DNA of 55,471 bases, filler included, from Trypethelium eluteriae (taxonomy: Eukaryota), in assembly GCA_051942245.1 (NCBI GenBank). It is 2 parts of 2 records of this genome, joined end to end, with 100 filler letters (N's around TTAATTAATTAA, not from the genome) between each part and the next. Parts side by side here need not be neighbours in the genome. Positions count along the whole stretch, not along the records: positions 1 to 27,693 come from JAVECL010000326.1; 1 more part is not named here. One strand, given 5' to 3'. A program made the translations under genes and the position numbers. Below the pieces are notes generated by a model. That model worked only from the letters and a program-made list of their open reading frames with translations, had not been told where the DNA came from and made no database searches. Shown piece after piece: positions 1 to 11,600 of the stretch; position 1 is the first letter of the stretch; each line of letters begins with the position of its first letter.

Positions 1-195
1 GTGGGTGGGGTGCCGATGAGTGCGCAGAGTAGTTTTGCGGGGGGCAGCGATGTCCCTGGTGGGATTGGAGGTGTAGCGATGAACCGGTTGGAAGGGAGTT
101 CGAGGGGAGGTGAGCTAGGGATGAAGAGGACGGCGAGTGGAGCTGGCACTGCGACGTCGGATTTTGTGAAGAGGATGAAGGGGAGGGTGCAGTGA
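1..195 (+). CDS. 3' end of a gene truncated by the window edge; product unknown
   Basis: Frame is open from base 1 to TGA at 193-195 (...MKRTASGAGTATSDFVKRMKGRVQ*) and is followed by UTR-like sequence; no recognisable domain. Confidence 0.45.
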   Translation: MGGVPMSAQSSFAGGSDVPGGIGGVAMNRLEGSSRGGELGMKRTASGAGTATSDFVKRMKGRVQ

Positions 196-820
196 TTATG
201 TGGCTACTTGGGAGTTTAAGTGTTTTTGACATGCATCGATGAGTTTCCCGTCAGTGAGTCAGCAGCCTACTTCCTCATGCGTCCCTTCATCGGGGTCTAC
301 GTCTTCGTATTTGCTGTGAGGATATTCCTCCCCCTTTTTTGGCGTCAAGACATGTCTTTGGTACAAATTCGTCTTATGCAAAGCCAGGCGCAGACACATG
401 TCTGTGCATGAGATTGCTAGTGTCTAAGGTTAGCCAACGATGTTTTTGAGCCGAAAACACTTATTCAAAAGGACAAAGTATTTCATTTCTTATGGCTCAA
501 GTGGAGGTCGATCGTTTGCGTTCTCTGGTATTGACAAGTGGTAAATTTATTAGAATATTTTACATGGTAATATCGTAGCATACCATGGTGGAGTTCTGTT
601 CTTCATTCTGAACGGTGTCGAATACAAGAAGCCTACGCCTTGCCTTCTGGAGAAAGCCACCCTCTCACAAACAAAGAAATTCCTGATATTTGAGCTGGAA
701 ACTGCAATTGGTGGAGAAATCTACCAAGTAGAGAGCTAAGTTTCGCCAAACGATTCTTTCTTACCTCAAGCATCCGCGGTAAATCTACGAGGTTGTGGAG
801 GACTCTCTGGGTTATCCATC

Positions 821-1527
821 ATGTCTCCTTATCCTAGCAAAGATGAAATAGCAGAGTTAGCTACGCACTTGTCAACATCGGATCCGTCTCCGTTCTACGA
901 CCGTGTGTCGCCCAACGTTGTATGGGATGTCTTGGGTAAGCCCATCCGGAATTGGCGTATCAAAATGACACGATTGAACATCACCTGAATACAACGGGAC
1001 CGCGACTTCTGTCACGAGATGAGACTGATCTTTGGCTTCCAGGCACTCACCCAGCAGCTGGTCACTTCACAAGCTTTGGTAGGTGTTGGCAAATTGCCCC
1101 GCAATGACGAGCGCATTTGACGCGCCAAACAGAGTCGTGGAAGAAGAGCGCCCTAGGCGTTGCCAACAAATTTCTGAAAGAGCCATTGAGGTTTAAGGTC
1201 GTCAATGCATTCGGCGGTGGAGAACAGGACTGGTGTTGCCTTGAGCTCGAAGCAATAGACGCCGTGGCGAAGAATGGTAAGCCTGTTGACTCAACATCGC
1301 CGAAACTGCTGAGCTGATATTAACAAGACTAAATCTAGGCATACCATATCCACAACAGTATTGTTGGCTCTTGCGCTTCGATGAACATGGGATTATTGTG
1401 CAAGTGAGTTACAGCTGGAGGGACCGCTTAAAAGTGTACCATGGGCTAATAGGTATGCATGGATGCCCAGGTGCGCGCTTATGTCGATTCAGTACTTGTT
1501 AACAAAATCGCCGATGCGAATCCATGA
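821..1527 (+). CDS. SnoaL-like / NTF2-fold small protein, 138 aa, 5 exons
   Basis: Exons 821-935, 1043-1078, 1133-1276, 1339-1403, 1471-1527, all GT-AG, total 417 nt in frame: MSPYPSKDEI...FYDRVSPNVVWDVLGTHPAAGHFTS...YPQQYCWLLRFDEHGIIVQVRAYVDS. The 'V.W.V.GTHP.AG', 'YCW..RF' and 'VRAY.DS' motifs are typical of fungal SnoaL-like proteins. The ORF track shows only a fragment. Confidence 0.85.
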
Positions 1528-2047
1528 GGCGTTTTTCAGCCATGTGAAGGAAGAGTGATGATCTTCTGGGGATATTTGCAATCCACTGTCACTACCTTTT
1601 CTCTAGTAAATACTCTCGAGCTATGGGAATACGAAGCGCGATTTATTGATGGCTCATATTCTAAGCTAGGCATGTCTTCTCGGTAAATGGGCTTGCTTTA
1701 GATCAGCAGGATCTCAGGTCGCAAGGCTGCCAAACTGAAACAAGGTACGGCCTATGCAGTGCTTTAGACCGTCGAGTTTGGACACGAAATCAAAGAAATG
1801 CAGTCATGATCCGGCCGAGACATAGGGGCAACCCTGGTTCGCTGATTGGACAGGCGCGCACCAACAGCAGTGGAGGCTTGCTCATTGATGAGGTACTGGA
1901 CAAAATGAGAGCGGCCGCCTTACGGGAGTCCATTGGAATCTTCGGTTGGCTACTTTCAGAAGCTGGTATGTATTTGACAGTGTCTTTTCACATTTGGAAA
2001 GGCGGGAGATTGGTGACCTGACCGGTCTCGCAGGTGAAAGATGTGGT

Positions 2048-2075
2048 ATCTACCCATGGAATCTACCCATGGAAT
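2048..2075. repeat. Perfect 13-nt tandem duplication (ATCTACCCATGGA x2 + AT)
   Basis: Read directly: atctacccatgga atctacccatgga at. Confidence 0.9.
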
Positions 2076-3299
2076 TTGCACTGCTTTTGGCACCTTCCAG
2101 CTTGCACCGTAGGGTGTGTGGCCATTTCTGGAGGATACGATACGATACTCGGCCTAACTTCGGCTCAGCCTAACAGTGGTCAGGTCGTTCAACCTCCGCT
2201 TGCCCTGTCTCTATGATGCCACTGTGCGACGTGTGCTCAATTCCATCTCTATGAGAATCAGTACTTTCGTCTTGATTGGCACGCCCTGCAGCCACTTCTC
2301 ACGCTAACTAGAAGCTACTGAAGGACTACCGAGACTGGAGGCTTCCAGCTGTGTGGCGCCCGGATTCGGGGAGGGGGGAAACCACTCTCGTGGTCTGCAC
2401 CGGCCTGCTTTCCGCAACGCCACTGATCGGGTGGCCCGAATCAACCCTGAATCGAACCCTCGATCTGGACAATCCCGCACTAAAAAGCTTGATCAAAGTC
2501 TGCCAGCTCAAGGTCCAGCCTCGCGTGGCCGCCGGATATCAGTTCTTGACATGAAGACATACGCTGACCCGGTTTCCTGGGAAGTGCTAGGGAGCACATC
2601 ACCTCTAGCCAGAGGACGCACTACCTCCGCTTCTCCAAGCATTTCCATGCAAATGTGACTCCTCAACCCCTGTACTATATTCGACCCCTTGATTATCTTG
2701 GAGGGGGAAGTTCGTATACCTCATGCCTTCCGTCCCCAAACTCGAAAACCAACTCTGTAATCTAGCTGACCCATTCTAAGATCTGTTCCTGGAGATCCAT
2801 TCAGATCTGGGTGTAGCAGAGCTTAGTCCCGCTCTAGTACAAGTGGCGCATCTCTGGGCAGGCTTTTTAGATGGAAGACCGGCAAATTGGAGTCGTTCTG
2901 TTCTCCCCTGCAAAAAGCCCCATGTCTTAGATGAGCTACGGTCTGAGCATGCAGATCTCCTTCCCGTGCGCCACTACTCTGAATGGAGAAATTTCGCGAA
3001 GCGCTCATCCGGAGGACGATCTGCTACCATCAACTCAACCCAATTCGGCACGCCCAAAGAGGCTAAAATCCTAAGGACAATGGAGCTACACAATCCGCTT
3101 AATCTTCCACTTTCAAATTATCAAACTTTTCGACGGCTTGGGCGGAAGCTGATTAGAACGTCTAGCTTTCTCAAGATGGGCATGACTAGACACCGAAATT
3201 TGGCTATAAATTATCCACGCTGTCTCATTCTTTTTGGTCCGATTCGACCTCTCTGCGGCTTCCTCAAAGGTTCTAAGAGAGAGCATTTCGGTAGGCAAG

Positions 3300-6208
3300 A
3301 TGCAACTCAAACTCATTGCTCTATTGGTTTCCGCTGCAGCAGCACAAGCCATTGGGGATACCAGGCATAAATTGCTGCCACCTAGACTGCGCGCCAACGG
3401 CCAAGCTGGGCTAGATGCGCAGCTCTCATCGCGTCAGCTCGAAGCTTCTAAAGCCGAGAGCGGCTGCTCCGATGGTACGATTACCACTACTGCGCCAAAG
3501 TCAAACATTTTCGCTGGCTTGACGGACGATGAATTCGCGGATACCACGGCCTTCCTGCACCAGCAGAAGTTCTTAAACCTTACTGCAGTCTCGAACGCAA
3601 CAGCGTACGTATCTAGCCGACCACAGAGGATCTTGCAGCTAACTGAGAAACCATGCAGTTGGGACAACATAATTGTGACGATTGATTTGCTCCAACCCAA
3701 TAAATCGGATGCGATCAATTACTTGGACAACGGTGCCCCAGCTCCACCAAGATACGCACATGCAACAGTTCAATTTGGCGCCACGCTCGAGCCTTACGTC
3801 CAGGAGTACCAGGTTGGGCCACTACCAATTACGAATCAGTCAGCCGTTACTGAGTTGAACTACATTTACAACTCCGGCAAGGGGAAACAGCGGATCTATA
3901 ACGCCGACGCAGCCTCGATTGCCACGTTTCAATATCAAGTCGGGACACAGGTTGCCAACATTACGTCAAGGCTAATTAATGGTGTAAGTTGTTCTGGAGT
4001 TTCCAGAATCCGTCGTTACAATGTCGGCTAAAGCGATCATTAGACTGCAATTGGCTCTGCCACTGACACCCTGCTCATTGGAGGCAACGATCCTGTAATT
4101 CATGAACTAAACAGGACCGTCCAGTGGAACCAATTTTACGCCATCAACACCGGTTTCGCCGTTGATGAGACTCTCTTACCGACGGGACTGGAGTTCAAGA
4201 CCGATATCACGGGTCGTGACCCCTCTAAATGGTCTGTGATCGGATGGTATTACGGCGGCCAATTTTGGCCAACCACTCGGGCTTTTATGACTGCTGCCAA
4301 TTCTCCTGACTTCAAGAGCCTCGGCCTCGCTGTAGACGGATCTTTTGGCAGTACAGATTCCCAGGGCGCACAGTTACCGCATGACGATCTGTATCCGCCA
4401 ACTGCGCTTCAACCGCAAGGAACAAGATATGCCATAGACATGGAGCAGCAATATGTGGAGTGGAGTAGGTAGAGCCTGAAACCCAGGCAGTTCTAAAAAT
4501 CGCTAAAATCGTCGTACAGTGGGCTTCAGCTTCTACATCGGATTTACGCGTGATACCGGCATGCAGCTGCATAACGTTGAGTACCAGGGCCAAAGGGTTA
4601 TCTACGAGTTGGGTCTCCAAGAAGCCCTGGCACACTATGCTTCCATCGACCCTCTTCAATCTGCGACTGCCTACCTTGATAGCTACTACGGTTTTGGACC
4701 TAGCTCGTTCGAGCTCGTTCAGGGATTTGACTGTCCTGCTTACGCAACCTACGTAAATGCATCTTTCTACACGCAAGAAGCTTCCCACACCCACGCGAAT
4801 GCCATTTGCTTATTTGAATATGATCCTGGGTACCCTATCTCGCGCCACATTGCGTCGGACTATACAACTGTGTCCAAGCACGCTGACCTTATCCTCCGCA
4901 GCGTCGCTACTGTTGGTAATTATGACTATATGTTTGAGTATGCCTTCCACATCGACGGCTCCATTCACGTTACCGTTCGTGCTTCTGGCTATATTCAAGG
5001 AGCCTACTATGCGGAGAACGAGGAATATGGTTTCCACATACATGATGTCCTCTCTGGAAACATGCACGACCACGTCCTCAACTACAAGCTCGACTTGGAC
5101 GTTCTGGGCACCAAGAATAGTCTAATGAGGTCGAACGTAGTTCCAGCTACAGTTCAGTAGGTTCTTCGAAAAGGGAAGCATGTACGCATCTTAACGTGGA
5201 TAGATATAACTGGTCTCCTGGCGTCCCACGAAATACAATGAAGGTGGAAAGAGACTTCATCACAAACGAGAACGATGCCCAGATCAACTGGGACTATAAC
5301 GGTGCCACCACATACACTGTCGTTAATAAGGATCAGAAGAATCAGTATGGAGAGTATAGAGGATACACAGTTACCCCAGGTACGTCTGCCCCAAGTATGG
5401 ATGTCAAAAGAAGTGGCCTAGTTCATGTGCGAATCATTGAAGCGGCTGGTCAAGTTGGAGCGCTCCTTGACTAGATCGTAGCTTTCTAAAGAGTTATCAA
5501 GGTCGAGGCCGCTCTCGCCTTTGTCTTAGATAGCTGTCTCAACAGCTACGATTTAGTTGAGGTGGCGGGAAGTTGACTCTAGCTGTGAAGTCGATACGCC
5601 CGATCACAACACTTCTCTTGGCATCCCTGGTAAACCCCCTTAAGCCAAAGCTACGGAACTGACAGAAAGCAGCGAGCGGTAGCATTGTCCACTTAACAGT
5701 CCAGAACTCAACTGATCTAGGCTCATCCGCCAATTGGGCCACGAACCACCTCTACGCCGTCCAGCAACATGACTCCGAACCCCGTAGTGCGTATCCCTAT
5801 AACAACCAAGACACGAACAAACCAGCCGTCGACTTCGGCAAGTTCATCAACGGAGAGTCTCTTGACCAAGAGGACATCGTCCTCTACTTCAACCTCGGCA
5901 TGCACCATCTTCCCCAAACGGCCGACCTGCCTGTCACCGTCTTCACGACTGCACAATCTTCCATGCTAATCATCCCCCAAAACTACATTGATTATAATCC
6001 CTCGAAGGCTACCATCCATAATGTCAGGGTCAACTTCAACAATGGCGTCGTCACCGATATCGATACTTTTGGAACGGTGGTGCCGCAGTGCCAACTCGAC
6101 TTCGGAAGTGTCGCCGCGAATCTGTCCGGCTACACCGGAGAGATCATAACGCCTAAGTACCCGTACGATCCTAGCGCTGCGCAGGTAGCTAATCCGGGTG
6201 CCGCGTAA
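3300..6208 (+). CDS. Secreted copper/topaquinone amine oxidase, ~799 aa, 6 exons
   Basis: Exons 3300-3604, 3659-3983, 4044-4464, 4520-5156, 5204-5379, 5673-6208 total 2400 nt in frame. Signal peptide MQLKLIALLVSAAAAQA; catalytic Asp in YLDSYYG; TPQ consensus TVGNYDY; Cu ligands MHDH and GMHH. Confidence 0.95.
5399..5626 (+). repeat. Long imperfect inverted repeat (fold-back) filling intron 5 (5380-5672) of the amine oxidase
   Basis: Nested stems: 5399-5415/5610-5626 (16 of 17 paired), 5442-5448/5580-5586, 5449-5453/5573-5577, 5461-5464/5564-5567, 5465-5483/5544-5562 (19 of 19 with G.U), 5492-5498/5529-5535, 5499-5507/5514-5521. Confidence 0.9.
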
Positions 6209-6796
6209 GTTTTGGAGACTTGAGGCGTAAAGCGCTGACGTCTTGCAAAATCTTGTTCAAAGCATCAGAGGTTGCAATATGGGATGTTGGCGGAGCACTT
6301 GAGGCTCAAAGTCTTGCTGGAGGACTAGCGCATTGTATGAAGCCAGAATAGAACTATGGAAAGAATCGTCATCGATCTTCGCTTGATAGTGTAATTAGCA
6401 GGCATCCACGGTCCTTGGCTCGTTACTGAAAGACCTGTAGAGCTTAGAGATCAGATAATGGCCACTTCTCAGAGCACTGACATCTCTTATCTCACACCCT
6501 CGTAAAAATTGACTGTGGGTCACACGTATGAATAGAACTCTAACCCAAGTTATACATCATCAGGGCCCGTTCAGGGTTACTGACGATTCCTCGAGTGCTT
6601 CGAGGTGTTTATCAAGACAGACAACACTCCAATATGTTTATACTGTTCTTCTCAAGCATGTGCATAGATATTGGCTCAGGTAAGGTCAATTACAACTAAG
6701 ATGCTATAGGTCTAGAGATTCGAAAACAAGGGCCAGAAACATCATTGTTGACTCCGCCAAAAAGCATGCGCAAGATTCCTCTGTCCGAGTCCTTGA

Positions 6797-7551
6797 TCAG
6801 ACCATCCCGGATTGTTGCTGCCCCGCTGGTGCTGTAGGCTGAGGACCAGGCTGAACGACTACCTGCGCAGCGGGCATTGGACGGACCGGTATTGCGGAAT
6901 CGCCGTCTTTCTTCCGAGCGACGAGGGCATTGCAGCTGGCGCAGTGATGCTTGTAGGTCGGGAACCAATGTGCCAAGTAAGGGATGACGACAGCGCAGCA
7001 GCAAATCAGGAAGAGAATAAGGGCAACCACGCTGTAAGTTGGACGGTAGTCAGCAAGGGCCAGGAATGTCTTATCCCACGCCATGGCTGGGCCTGCTTAG
7101 GACTTGGTGGAGGGCAAACTCACTGTGTCATTGCCGAGCTTTCCCTTTCGATCCTCGTCATGCCTCTAACGCCGCAGAATGGGCATTGGATATACCCTGG
7201 TCCTTCGTCGAGCGCTTCAAGCGGAATGACACCAGGGATGATTGTACTCTGGGTGACCACAGGAATATCCTCTCTTCTCGTATATCCTTGTTCATACGGG
7301 ACACTGCTCCTCAGATATTAGCATCCTCTCAAAAAGATGACTCCATCGTGACAACAGGGTCAATGATCATGGGTCCTGAATCTTGGGTATTTGACATACT
7401 TTGACTGGTACTGCGATTTCTGCGGGATTGGAGCTCCTTGCGGCACTGCGACAGCATTGGGATAAGCCACTGGCTGAGGTTGAGCATTTTTTTCCTCATA
7501 TTGCGTGGTAGTGGTCGGATAAGGAGATGAATTCGACTCTTGATATGCCAT
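6797..7551 (-). CDS. LITAF-like zinc ribbon membrane-associated protein, 188 aa, 3 exons
   Basis: Exons 7551-7400, 7303-7124, 7031-6797 (567 nt, GT-AG). Pro/Gln/Tyr-rich N-terminus, then CPFC, a hydrophobic stretch (VVALILFLICCCAVVIPY) and HHCASC, which is the LITAF CxxC...HxCxxC signature. Confidence 0.9.
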
Positions 7552-8322
7552 TTTCACAACACTGCTTTTGTTACTGGCTGGCTGTTTTGTTCGTAAATCG
7601 GAAGAAATGGGGGAGCAAAAACGAGCGAATGTGTAGTAACCTCTAGAAAATATAAGAAGAGAAGGAAACTGTATGATACTTTTCTTCGTGCAGCGTGGCT
7701 CTGTTTGGTACTTAAAATGAGTATTTCCGGTGGAGCATTAGGGCGGCTTGTTTAGCCCCCATGCGCCGAGCTTTATTAGAGAGTCAGGTAGTACCTCAAT
7801 ACCGGTCTCAGACAACCGGTCACTGCGATATTTTTATGTGAGGCTTGCACTCCTGTTGGTGTACCACCAGGTTAATGCATTCTATATGTTGGAGAGCTGA
7901 ATGTTAGATTTACCCGTTAAGGGCAGCGCTTCTGAGATCTCGTTTGACGATGTGGTGCAACATCCTCTAGACTTTCAGCTAGACAGGCTACAGCTGTAGA
8001 AAGGCGAACGAGTTCGAATTGGCTCTCATTCCGTCTAGATGAGAGCTACTCCAATGCGACCCCTTATTCCGACCTCCTTCGCTCTTCTCTCTTCACTCCA
8101 ATTTCGACTGCTCTTCGCTTTGGTAAGTGACTTCCCATCGAGTTTGCCTCTTTACCATTGGGTGTACAGCTGAAGCTGGCCATTCTAGTTGTTCTGATGT
8201 TTGCAACCCAAATTTCGGTGGCAAAGTAATGAGAAGGTAAGGTAAGAGGGTAAGAGATGGCACAATGAAGGAGATCGAATCAAAAGGGAAGATCTAGAGT
8301 ACTTGGAACGCACAAGCCACGT

Positions 8323-8334
8323 AGTCACGTGACT
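8323..8334. promoter_or_regulatory. Perfect 12-bp palindrome AGTCACGTGACT (bHLH E-box, Cbf1/Tye7-type GTCACGTGAC)
   Basis: Seen in the divergent LITAF/HET intergenic region, ~360 nt upstream of the HET ATG; function inferred from motif only. Confidence 0.5.
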
Positions 8335-8696
8335 TTGCAGATTGGGATAAATCGATCCGCATCCAAGTTACCTAATAATAGTTCTACAGGGGTGACAGTT
8401 TAGACGAGCACTCAATCAAACACTGCCTATATTGCACTTGCTCAAGCGGATCCAGGCGCATTTTGGGGTTTGTTTGCTATCATCCCAAGGCGCCTAGGTA
8501 CCTAACGGCCTCGACATTCTCACAGCAGCCAGAGCGGAGCCTTCAGCACTCCTCTGTCTGCTAGTCACCATTCTGGCCTTGCTACCTTTGCACCGAGCAA
8601 ATTGTCCTTCCACACTCCGTCATCGCCATTCTACCAAACTGTCTACGATGGATATGAGGTTCACATGGACGCGATTAGTCATTTCAATTCCCTATC

Positions 8697-11600
8697 ATGA
8701 ACCACGTCCCTAAACCGCCAGGATCCCACCTCGCCCCTACTGAGGTTCCGTTGCTTGCTACGCTGGAGTATGATTTTCGAGGTTACGCATCGTTTCCATA
8801 TCGGAATGGATTCATCAAGGATGGCAAATTGGACGAGGACCGCTCTCCTGATGCTCTGGCTGCTTTTATGCAATCATGGCTGTACTTCGGGCTGATTGCA
8901 GAGTTCACTATGCAGCCAGTGAAGATTGGAGACTTTACTTTCACATCTCCCTCAGGGTCCTATAATTTGGTGTCCTCCAAACGCTTGTTTGATATTCTTA
9001 GCGAATGGAATTGCCGCCTTCGGCGTCTTCGCCTATTGTCTCCATCATGGAGGGAGACTGTCACAGCTACAAAGAATTTGCTCATCACTGCAGTACGAGC
9101 AAGCTGCAAGTTTGACTATCTTGCTGGTTTAGATGATTCACGATACGCAGCGATTGCGCTGTCCGTCAAAACATTACTTGTGACGCTAATCTGGGCGTAC
9201 AACACACTTCTCCCGGACATCAAACTCGATGTTCACGAATTCTGCCTGATTCCTTGGCACAGCTTCCATGACTTAACGCTTCCTCATCCCGCACGCTATC
9301 TGCATCAGGAATTGCGAAACCTCGGTTGGTGTCCGGCTTTGATCCAGAGGATCTGTAGGAGATACAACTACTATGCAGTGATCTTCCTTGCTCAAATACC
9401 TCGAAAGGAACCTCGGTATGCTATTCATACCCGTTGCTCTTCGACGGACTGTGTGGCTTTCAATGTCTCCGAAAGCACATATGAAACTCGTCATGTTCAC
9501 GAGAACTGTCGATGCAAAGCAGCTTCAGTCTTGACGGAAAAAATTGTAAAAATTATTGAAGATGGACAAATACCGCTTGTCAACATTTCGAGATCCCCTG
9601 GTCCTCATTTAGAGGTGGTCCCTACCAAACAAGGCGACTCTTCCCGAAGATACATAGCTCTATCCCACGTCTGGGCCGATGGATTGGGCAATCCGAAGGA
9701 AAATGCCTTACCACGGTGCCAAATAGCCCGTATAGCCGATCTTCTATTGCCTAAACAAACACTTTTCGGAAAGTTCGGGACTAAAAGTATACTTATTTGG
9801 GTCGATACATTATGCATCCCCGTAGGCGATAAGTTCACTGCTGTTCGATTACAAGCTATCGATCAGATGGCCCTTGTTTATGCTTCTGCAGACGAAGTGC
9901 TCGTCCTAGACAGCAGTCTCACACAACTGTATCGTCCTCAGATTGAGTCATTTGAACGCAACGATCCTCCGGCAGTTGGTCTAGAACTTAGTTCTCCTCT
10001 CTTTCTTCGGTCCTCAAGCTTTTACCTAGAATGGTCAGAAGTATTGGGTAGAATATTATGCTCGCCCTGGGCCGGACGAAGTTGGACTTTACAAGAGGCA
10101 GTCGTTCCTCAGCATGTACAGTTTGCATTGAGTAAAGGATCGATGAGTTCAAAGTGGCTCGATGCAATCTCAGTCCCTGCGTCAGCCGCAAAAAAGCCCT
10201 ATCTCAGTGAGAAATCTGTGTTTTCGGATCTCTACCTCCTTATGACAACGACTTTTGTCCGGACAGTGCTGACGGGATTCCGGCTTTGTTGTGTGCCCCA
10301 GATGTATGCTCGATGTCATGGGCATCCCTTCAGAGTTTGGTCCTCAAAGAGCCGGCTGTCACAACGACAGAGTCTAAACTGCTTGGTTGGTATGATATAC
10401 TTACTCCTAGCTACTGGTGGAGCTCTCGAAATACTATTTCTTCATACACTATATGTATTCATAATTGCCATTGAATGTGTTTTGACTCTGCCATTTGCTT
10501 TATCCCTCTGGCTGCTGTCTGTACCATTCATGCTTACGCAGCTCGCCATTATGGCGAAGGCAGACTGTCGCTGGCTCCAAGCGCGGCTCCAGTCGAACCA
10601 ATTGGAGGACATTATGCGTCACACATTGTTCACAGATCTTGTTAACTATACAAAAGATATGCTAGTCCTTGACAGCAAGTCTCTCGTCGCCGCTTCTCGC
10701 GGCAGGCCCGACATCTTTGAACGCGCAGAATCCTCGCATTTAGCCCAGATTTGGAACAGCTTATCTGATCGATCAACGACCAAGCCTAATGACATCCATT
10801 ATATCTTGGGCACCCTCACTAATCGCAATGTCCGCTCGTTGAAGAATTCGTCTTCTCAAGAACGTATGGAAAGCATTTTAAGGACTTTTACTTATGTACC
10901 GGCGGATCTAATGCTCACTTATGATGCACAATCCATGAATAAAATTATCAACAATAACACCTGGCTACCGGCTTTCCCTAAAGGAGGATTGCTGTCTGAG
11001 AAGACAGTACTCCGCGTCCTACCGCATGGTTTCGAGCTATGTATAGGCGACGCAGACAGCATTGCTTCAGTATATACCCTTGACCGTAACTGGGAGAATC
11101 CCAAGTTAGTCTTTCTATGCCGTCCAGGCGCCACGGTAGCCTACGAAGTCGAGACTCTACGTACCGCGACAGAATCCTCAGATACGCGGGCAGCAATGCC
11201 GTCACCGAACACGTGTATACTAATACTGGGTTCCGGAAACCCACAGCACGATCCTCCTAACTGCCTTCATGCTGTTCAGTTGGAGGTTGTCTGTCAAGAA
11301 CAACAACCTGTACAACTGCATTATAAGAGTCTGTTGCGGCTCAAAGTTGCTGTCATCGAAAAGATCCCCAGTGCTCCAGCTTCGTATATCGAATTGAAGG
11401 AAACGCTACCTCCTCATACCCGATGCATCATCCTCCATGGGTCCCAAGCTTCGCAAGCCAGTAACGCAATCGAGGATTGTGGCTCTACTGCCGAACCTCA
11501 TGGCCCTTCATATCAGCCCCCTTTCGGGCTGACTGGCACCCTGGCTCACTACACTTTTTTCCGACTCGCCATGTTTAATGTCGCAGCGATCTTTATACCC

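Noticed and set aside
2843..3370. 175-aa ORF overlapping the amine oxidase start
   Set aside because: GTG start, no recognisable motif, and it spans the promoter/TATA region (tataaa near 3205) of the oxidase.
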